Shown: positions 1 to 64,000 of the stretch, in pieces
How the letters are laid out: each line of letters begins with the position of its first letter
Position numbering within the stretch: the first letter of the stretch is position 1
Assembly: GCA_012295275.1 (NCBI GenBank)
Contig: CM022670.1
Span: 3,596,001 to 3,660,000, forward strand
Length of the DNA: 64,000 nt
Direction of reading: 5' to 3'
Source: Chrysomallon squamiferum
Lineage: Eukaryota; Animalia; Mollusca
The notes under the pieces: generated by a model
Database searches by the model: none
What the model was told of the DNA's origin: nothing
What the model saw: the letters and a program-made list of their open reading frames with translations, nothing else
Program-made: the position numbers and the translations under genes

Positions 1-123
1 ATTAACGTGGTATTCTTCTCAGAAATATGTGCAGGAACAACCAAACAAACCCCCATTTTTTTTTTTTCTTCTTCTTCTTTTTTTTTATTATTCGTCCAGT
101 ACTTATTTTTCATTAATTTAGTT

Positions 124-158
<35 letters not shown>

Positions 159-1641
159 CAAATAAATTCTCAAAAACTGGTAGACTCTCTTAATGTATCG
201 TGTCGAATTACTAACTGAGGTAATTAAGGATTGGGCACAAGAAGGTCTTTGAGGGTAAATAAATATTTCTGCTTCTGTTTTGATTATTTAGAATTCGTTT
301 TCTCTTGATCTTTTATTTAGTTAGGGAATATATCATTTGAAAAGAAAAAGAAAGAAATTTTTTTATTAAAATGTAGAGGTTATCGGAGGACAAGTGCTTC
401 AGAAAAACCAAATTAATAGTAAGTTTGCAGTAATTTAATAACACTGATAATAGGAATACAACGAATACATCATTGCTGTCAGATTATTCTTACTTGTTAT
501 CCTGTTCTCCCTTTTCTCTCTCTCCATGTCTTTACGTAAGTCAGTTTCTCCCATCAATTTTTGCATCTATTTTAAATTTCAGACCCAGGGAAGATGCAGA
601 ATAGTCAAAATATGAAATAAAAATAATTATTTAATCGTAAGCAAAATTCGATACTATCTCTGTGATACGATAGTAATTCTTCGCGAATTAAATTTATTTC
701 TTTTTTCACAATTTCAACAGAAAGAAAATGACAAATCTTTGAAAATGTTCATATTCACATGAGTTATAAGTTTATAAATTGCTACTAATGGAAGCAATAG
801 ACTTTTCTCAAAGAAAGATATTGTTCACCCCTGATCTTCGTTTTCCTTTCATCTCCTTTTTATTTCCCTTTATTTATTTATTTAGCATACAAAATTCGTT
901 TGAACCTATTATTTTTATCTTTTTTATTCACTCCTTTCCTTTGCCTTTCACTTCATTATTTTTGTTTTATTTTTTGCATTAAACAAATGTAATTTTTTTG
1001 AAAATCTTCCATTTAGAGGGTAATTTCTGAGTCTCCAAACAAAGAGCCTGTTTTATAAACAATGAAAAAAAGAATAAATCATTTAAAGTTTGTCAGTGTA
1101 AAAATCATAAAACACCGTTGTTTACCTTTTATAAATTCAGTGCGTGTAGACTCTTCAGCTACACAACGTTCACATGATATTACCACTAGCCACGGGATCA
1201 TTTCTGCTCGATTTTTCCCTCGGAGTTCTATCCCGTTCCATCCAGTGCTCCACATCTAATGTCCCAAAGGTCCTGGTTTATGCTTTCGTATCACAGGGTG
1301 CTCATGACATATATCTTGCTCCTTCAAGTCGATAACAGTGATCACAGGAACTGGAGAGATTTTTCTCATCTGTTTTCTCGTTATATAAATTTAACATGTC
1401 TTTGCTTTGAGCAGTAAGTTATTTTAAATGATGCGCTCACGATAGTTACATAGTTACCATCTTTTTATCTTTCACTTAGAGACACGCATCAAGCATTCTA
1501 ATTTTAACCCTTTTTTTTCCACAGAATGTGACTATAAATCACAAGTGAATTTCCGTAGGGGCCTCCCTCTATGATGTAAAGTTATAATAATTGTAATACT
1601 TGATTTTATAGAAAGTGACATTATTTTCAACAACAAAAAAA

Positions 1642-1680
<39 letters not shown>

Positions 1681-2238
1681 AATTAAAAATAAAACATTTT
1701 ATTTCATTAAATGCAGAAAACGCCGATAAAAGTTTTCATTAAAATTAAGTGCGTCATAAAATTAAATTAAACATTTCAGCCATTCTTTATTTTATTTCAT
1801 TTCATACCGCGACTAAGTTACACTGCCAGTCTAAAAGTTAGGCTTTCTATTAAACACATATTTTTAATTATTTATTTATTTTATTTTTTTACATAGTTTC
1901 ATTAGACACCACAGCAAAATAAAAAGTTAATTACTCTTCATGATTTAAATATTCACACTGACTCTACGTTTATGAACTGTTAAAATGCTGATAAAAGAAT
2001 TAATGAAACTTCTTTATTAGCAAACCTAAATTTAAATTCTGTAAAAAATGGACGAAGACAGAATATTGTATTCTGTGACTCTGTGCGGTTATTATATGTT
2101 ATAGAATCAACGGTTAACAACGGTACAGAGCTGGACAATAAACAAGAAGATATTCGTTATATGGCGACCATTTTATCTAATTAGAGAACTGATTCCCGTA
2201 TCTTTAATTCTGAAAGAATTTCAGATCATTTGAAGATT

Positions 2239-2274
<36 letters not shown>

Positions 2275-2572
2275 AAATATAGTAAAAGAAAACAAGATAA
2301 ATTAAAAGAAGGTAATAATAATAACAACAATAATAATAATAATAGTAGTAGTAATAATGCCTAGTGTTATCTCGTATAACAGATAAAGAGAAAAGTTTAA
2401 GCTGCAGCCACCCACAAAGAACAAAATTTTTATTTACAATGATTATCCGTATTTGTTAATATTACAGAAAACTTATCATGTCTTTTCTTTGATAATAAGA
2501 AGAAAAAACTCTATATACTGGCATTAACAAAGAAAAAAAAAAAAAAAAAAAAAAAAAAAGGTAAAAACAAAA

Positions 2573-2745
2573 TCTGAATATATAGATTGTGGAATACCTG
2601 TCAGGATTTTTGGAATTAATCGTCTGAATTTTAGATTTGTTTGTCTGGCTTATGGAGATGACTGTCTGGGTTGTGCAGTTGCTTGTCTGGATTATGGAGA
2701 GCACTGTCTGGAAGTGTGGAGCTGTTTGGCTTGTTTGTGGAGACA
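2573..2745. repeat. Degenerate 21-bp minisatellite
   Basis: TGTCTGG core at 2642, 2663, 2684, 2705 (period 21), with variants at 2599, 2621 and 2723. Confidence 0.8.
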
Positions 2746-2948
2746 ACCATTTGCTCGATTTTTGTATTTACAGCGATACGTTTCCTATAGTTTTATTCAG
2801 ATGTGCGTAACAACAAATTCATAAACAGACAAAGGGTCGTTGATGTTTTTAACACTTTTTCTAAATGTTGATATGCAGACTAAACAAGCATAAATAGATA
2901 AATAAATAAATAAATAAATAAAAATAAATAAAAATAAATAAAATAATA

Positions 2949-3016
<68 letters not shown>

Positions 3017-3572
3017 CTGCCACAGAATATAACTAATACAACAACATATGAGAGAAATGTTTGTGAGGACTGCCACAGAATATAACTAATAAAACAGTAC
3101 ACGGTGGATATTTTTGTTATGACTGACACAAAATAATAATTAATGCAAGGTATCAGAACTCAGGAGGTTTTTCTGCCAAAAGAAAACGCAGCTAATTTTC
3201 AAAAGAACCTAAAAGAACTGAACATGATATCCAAAAGTTTACATCAAAAACTATTTGATATAATATAGATTTCGCTGTTAATGGTAAAATTGCATATTTT
3301 AAGGTAAAAAAAAATATTTTACAATCTTTCAGAGTCAACAGATCAGCAGTTAAATGCAATTGAATATTAATGACTGTACAACAAAATATGTTATGGTTGG
3401 TTTTAAAATATTATATAAAAAAGTTATTATCTTTTTTTTTTTTTATAAAATATAATATAAAACAAAAATCTTTTATAGCACTTTTTGTCAAAAGTTCAGA
3501 GAATGGACCTGTGTATGTAATATAACACTGGCACCAACGAACTATGTAGGTCTATCTATATGAGTGTGTGTT

Positions 3573-3609
<37 letters not shown>

Positions 3610-4664
3610 ACATATATACACACACATGTATGTACTTAGGCATGTATAGACAGACACACACACATGTATGTATGTTTACAGACACACACACACACACACA
3701 GCCATTTATGGTAGGTGGAAGTGGTGAAGTTTTGTTCAAGATTAGATAGTTCACTGGATCAATACTTCTTGCTGAGCCTTCAGAATTATATTTCATTCCA
3801 GTCAGTGCTCCACAACTGGTGTGACAAATGCCATGGTATGCACTATCCTGTCTATATAAAAAATATCCCTTGCTGCTAAAAGGAAAAAGCAGGCAATGAA
3901 TTTGGTGTTTTGAGTTTTCTCACAGTCTAAGAGGTTTGAGACATTTATATAAAAACCAGAACTACACAACTCTCTCTTTGACATTTCTGTTTTGGTTTTC
4001 TTTCTCTGCACACACTGACTCACTGGCTCTGTTTTAATTTGCTTCAATATTTTTTTTTAAACAATAAAGCAAAATGATATTAATATTTTTTGTTATGGAT
4101 CTTTCTGTCAAATCACCCATAAATAATAATAAATAAAAACTTGACCCCCTTTTTTTTTTTTTTTTTTTTCCTGAAACTGGTTTTAAGATTAATTTAGAGT
4201 AATTGTCATCATGGGACAAAAAGTGGTTTCTGAGATATGGCCTTGTCAATCTTAAAAAATGAGCATGATATTCAAAGGAATACAGTTCAGCAAATAGTTT
4301 GTCTGTCTTTATCTGCCCAAAATTCCCTAAATGTCAAAACCAGAACGGGTGAGGTTTTATCCAGTGTGAAAATTGAAGTGAATTGTGTAAGTGATTCTTA
4401 TATTTTATGTATGAAAGAGTGTTGTTATATAAACATGTTTCTTCATGTTGTTTTTTTTTGCTACAAATAACATAAGAAATTCTTGTCTTTTCACTGTATT
4501 TTGAGTTAATTTACATTGTTGAAAAGTAAATGCTATTTAATCTTTTAAATAAATGGACAAAACAAAATTGAGATGCCACTGTGTGAGTTCAGTTTTATTG
4601 TAGGTGACGAGTCCTTTAATGACAGCTTAAAAATAATGTTAAATAAAAAAAATTAAATAAAATA

Positions 4665-5235
4665 AAAAATTAGAAGAAAAAAAAACATTCTTACAATAGA
4701 AACAACAAAATCAACAGCAAAAGGATGAAAAAGAATAAAAACAAAAAAGGAAAATATTAAATTAAATAAAATTAAAAACCTATTTAAAAATTAGAAGAAA
4801 AGAAACCATCCTTACAATAGAAACAACATCAAAGGCAAATGAAAGAAAAAAATAAAAAGATAAAAAAAAATAAAAAATATAAATAAAAAAAAAAAAATAA
4901 AAATGTAGAAGAAAAAGAAAACAGCTTTATAATAGAAACGAAAATAGCAAAAGCAAAAGAAAAAAGAAAAAAATATAAGAAAAAAAAAAACAATAAAATA
5001 AAATAAAAAACAAAACAAATACAGCTGGAAGAAGAAAACAACACCCTTAGAAGAACAACAATAACAACAAAATATAAAAATAAATGGAATACACATAAAA
5101 AAACAACAACAAAAAAACAATAACAAAATAAAAACAAACAAAAAACAACTAAACAAATGAAATAAAATAAAATAAAAATTAAAGAAGTGGAAGAAAATAC
5201 CCTCCCAACAGAAACAACAGAAACAACAACAACAA
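4665..5235. repeat. Degenerate ~120-bp A-rich tandem repeat, about 5 copies
   Basis: Recurring (t)agaagaaaa...cttacaatagaaacaac at about 4670, 4790, 4905, 5027 and 5190. Confidence 0.75.
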
Positions 5236-6164
5236 CAGCAACAACAACAAAAATATAAATAAATAAATAAATAAAATGAATAAGAAAGAAAAAATAAAAT
5301 AATTTAAAAAAAATAAAAGAAGTCTGTTAAAGATGAAAAAATATAAATCCAGTTATTTCTTAAACATTTATTAAATGATAAATAATACACTTTGTCCAAA
5401 TGATTTCAGTACATATGCCCTATAACAAGAAAATCAGATGACAAAACACATCAAGAACCTTCAGCTGTTGCCATAGTAACATGAATAACTGAATATTTAA
5501 TGATACATCAATACTTAACTGTTGGTTGAAATTTTTGTATACTGATGGAATGAAAAAGACTGTTGCTGTCATTTTAGAGATTAAAGTTATCACTTTGGAA
5601 CAAGGACACTTACACATCATAAATTAGTATTTTTAGACAATAGTAGAAAATATTTAATTTTAGGTGGGTTTTTCTCACATATACTGCTCTTTCAGCTTAT
5701 GGGTATTTAAGTTGTATTTTTAAATATTTTTTGGAAAAAACAGAAATGCAGATTATTTACTGTTAGTATTTCTGAGTAATTAATTTGATGAAAACTTAAA
5801 AAAGTAATAAATATAAAAAATAAAATAAAATAAATAAATAAATAAATAAACAAAATAAATGAAATAAGAATTACATGGTAAAATACTTTTATGATATGGT
5901 ATTTTTGTAAAAATAAATAACTTCTTGGTACAAAATTTCAATTTTTCTTATCTTCAATTTCCATATTGACTGTGATTTGAACAAATAACAACATTATAAT
6001 GATTATCTCCATAACAAGGAAAATGCACCAGATCAAAGATACATGAAATTTACAAATAACAAAATACCAGTTCAAATTCTGTAAGATATTGAATGCACAT
6101 TAATTTATCTTGTTCAAAACCAATACAGTAAATAAATAACAGTATTCAATGAGGGAAAATTAAT

Positions 6165-6225
<61 letters not shown>

Positions 6226-7171
6226 TTAATGAAAAAGATAAATAAATAAATAAATAAATAAATAAAAATGAAATAAAAATGACAAAATTAAAAATAACAA
6301 CAATAAATAATGAAGAATAGTAATAAAATAAATGAATAAAAATGATAATATCAATAATAAAATAAATAATTAATCATAATAATTTTTTTTTTTCAATACC
6401 AATAATAGAAACAATTATCCTTTTGAATATATTATGTAATCATTATAGCAACCACAATGTTGTCTTCCCATGATTCCATAGGAGTCGTAACAAAATCAGT
6501 AGCAGTACAATAACAGATTCTCTGACATTTTTTATATCAAGTTTTTATTAATCTTATTTAATGTCTGCTTCTATAATAGTACAAATTTTTGACATTAGAT
6601 TTTATTTCTTTAATAATAGATTATTTATTTTTATCAAATCTTGTTAATTTTACAATTAAAGTGTGACTTCAATCTGACGAGGTAGATATAGAAAAAAGAA
6701 ATTTGTTTTTTTTATGTTTCATATGCTGTAGTGTTGTAAAATCTGCTTCCTAATCAGCTAGCACTACCATTAAAAAAAAAAAAATAATAATAAAAAAAAT
6801 GAAATAGCAATACTAATAATAAATAAATAATAATGAGATATAAATGAGCTAATAAAGACAGCAAATGAAAAACTGATGTAGATTTTTGACATCTTATTTT
6901 AACAGATGACTAAAAAGAAAAAGGTAGAAATAAAATAAATAATAAAAAAAATAATAATAATAAAAAAAAAATTAATAAATAAATAAACAAATAAATAAAT
7001 AAATAAATAAATAAAAACATAAAAAGAAACAAAAGAAAATGAAATGTATGCTAAAACAGTTATGAACACAGATGTACAAAATGTAATAATACTTTTTACT
7101 GAAATACAACCAAAAAATTATCTTTTCCCTTAGATATTCATGATTTAAATGAACTAAACAACAAAAATAAC

Positions 7172-7244
<73 letters not shown>

Positions 7245-7245
7245 A

Positions 7246-7304
<59 letters not shown>
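7172..7304. repeat. Compound microsatellite (AAT)n(AGT)n(AAT)n just downstream of the GEMIN5 stop
   Basis: Directly visible. Confidence 0.95.
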
Positions 7305-7419
7305 CCTTTGAAGTAGATTGTTTTTTTAAAATTAAGGCAGAGAGAAAAGTATGTTTAGTAACTCAATAGTTATCTCCCTTTTGATTAGAAACAGTTTTGT
7401 GAGTTGGACAGTTTAATTC

Positions 7420-61696
<54,277 letters not shown>

Positions 61697-61743
61697 CTGG
61701 TAAAAAATAATAACAACAAAAAAATAATAATAACAAAAAAAAT

Positions 61744-61787
<44 letters not shown>

Positions 61788-61989
61788 CAATAATAATAAT
61801 AACAACAAAATAACAATAATAATAATAATAATAGTCAAAGTACTATTACTACTACTAATAATAATAATAATTATTATTATTATTATTATAGTTGCAGTTG
61901 TACTATGATGATTATTACTACTACTAGAGGTAATACTAATATGCTACAACTAATAATAATTGTATTTGCAGAGCAGTACTCCCATTGCC

Positions 61990-62132
61990 ATTACTACTAC
62001 TACTACTACTACTACTAATAATAATAATAATAACAGTAGTAGTAGTAGTAGTAGTAGTGGTAGCTGTAGGAGTTGTAGATTAGTAGCAGTAGTAGTAGTA
62101 ATAGTAGCAGTAGTAGTAGTAGTAGCAGTAGC

Positions 62133-62163
<31 letters not shown>

Positions 62164-62185
62164 ATAGTAGTAGTAGTAGTAGCAA
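61990..62185. repeat. Compound (CTA)n(AAT)n(AGT)n microsatellite
   Basis: Directly visible. Confidence 0.92.
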
Positions 62186-64000
62186 CTTCAGTTATGAGGG
62201 TGTGGGAGAAATGGGGAGATGTTCATACAGGTGCACCAAACAGAACTGATCTAACAACCTAACAAGCCTGAGACAAAACCAAAATCTGTAGCTCTAAACC
62301 ACAGTCCATTTTTATCTATATCAAAGAAAAACAGAATCTGACCTTTCTGTGTTTACATGAAATAATGGCAAATTTGTTAAGACAGAATCCAACATGACAT
62401 AATGGAAATAACGAATATTAAAACCAACAGCCATCCTTAGTATGAAAACTTTTTTTATGGTAATGATTAAACCATTTCACCTGATCAGATAGGGGAGAGA
62501 AAGGAGGAAAGAAAGAGGACTGAGATGATTAAGATCACTGACTTCATGTGTGTGACATTTCTTGAAGTGTTAATGATATCTCTGTGTCTCTAGATGTATT
62601 GAACAGATATGTAAGCTAACAAGTGTGATAAGTGTGATCTCGTTATAAATGTAAATGTAGATTTTTTTTTTTTTTTTTTAATTTCATTACTGTGCCCTTT
62701 GGAAATAGGGTAATTTGCTGTTTGAAAGATAAAATTAGATGTCTTTAAAAAAAAAAATAAAAAAAAAATAAAAAAAATTATGAAATAAAAAAATAAAAAT
62801 AAAAATAAAAATAAAAATAAAAATAAAAATAAAATAAAATAATGAAATAAAATAAAATAAAATAAAATAAAATAATGACTAAAAATAAAAATAAAAAAAA
62901 TAAAATATAATAAAAAAAATAATAAAATAAAAATAAAATAACAAAATATTAAATCATAAATGTAATGTATTCTCTCTCTGTGTGTGTGTGTAATATTGTG
63001 GATTTACATAGTTTTGTGTGTCTATACTCACACTCATGCATACACACACAGACACACAGACACACACATACGTATGTATCTATGTATGTATCAAATACAA
63101 TTTTGTGGTTGAAATAAAAAAAATAATAACAAAAAAAAGTTTAAAAAAGCAAAAATATTTAAACATGACAGAACAAAACAAACAATATTCCAGGTCACTC
63201 TAACATCAATTATAAATTCTTAATTTCCGTGATCTGTTGTCAAATTTTCTTTCATTTTTATCATCAACAAACAAAATTAACATCCACTGTGCCTGCTCAG
63301 AATGTTACATTATGATGTATGTAACTCTACCCCACAATAATTAACATCAATCCCGCTTTTCCAAAGCTGAAGATTACACGGCAATGTCAAGATGACAAAG
63401 AAACCAAATTATATTCTTACGAGGAATTCGGTTGATTTTAAACTAAGTTGACAACAAATTTCTTCTTGACTGTTCTGATTAATGTACTTCATATACTGTC
63501 ACACTAGACATCACTGGTGACAACCACAGAAACAGAAAACTAAAATCAATAACTAATTAATAGTTTGTGTTGACGAAAACAAAGGGTGTCAGAATTGTCT
63601 GTCTTATTTGAAAATATTTTCATTTTTCTTAAGCAGTTTTAAAAAAAAAAGAAAAAAAGATATAAATGAAAAATGAATGTTTGATTTTTAATAAAGTTGA
63701 AAATGGTAATTGAGAAGTCACATATTTGCTTAATCATAATTGCTCATTTTTCCAGTAACTTAATAAATTTAATCATTTGACAGGTAATATCCATCACCTC
63801 CACTATGGCCATCAAATGTCTAATTGCTATGAGCTTGCATAGTTTATGTTAATTTAATAAAATCAAACATTAGATGACATCATATGAAAAGAATAATGTT
63901 GCATCATAGTCTATTTTCATTCAAAGATGTAGTCATTTCAATGGATAAAATAGTGTAATTAAGAATAAGAAAAACAGTACCATTTCTTTCTCTTTTTTTT

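Noticed and set aside
63421-63514. Possible further upstream GEMIN5 exon ending TTCCTC|gtaaga (63419-63420)
   Set aside because: The phase-1 frame needed to join the 61696 exon contains TAG. The only open frame is phase 0 and shows no Gemin5 resemblance.

Overview
AT-rich, microsatellite-dense eukaryotic genomic DNA. It looks like an invertebrate, plausibly a mollusc, but that is inferred from composition only. The window holds the 3' part of one minus-strand spliced gene, a GEMIN5 orthologue. I reconstructed 12 coding exons by hand (61696 down to a TGA stop at 7420-7422). All introns are GT-AG with mutually consistent phases, giving 3449 nt of CDS, about 1149 aa. They encode the post-WD40 linker, the TPR-like dimerisation region and a greatly lengthened C-terminus. 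The WD40-encoding exons lie beyond the right edge of the window. One intron is 31.7 kb and contains old degenerate tandem arrays, decayed tRNA-type SINE relics and small CpG-retaining patches. Almost all other ORFs in the track are microsatellite artefacts. I see no clear-cut novel multi-gene system. The best leads are an in-frame tandem duplication of a splice acceptor (9940/10033), a perfect CAG|GTAAGT candidate recursive-splice or alternative-exon site inside the giant intron (48944), a coding 24-bp minisatellite in the expanded C-terminus, and a sharp CpG boundary near 3.3 kb.
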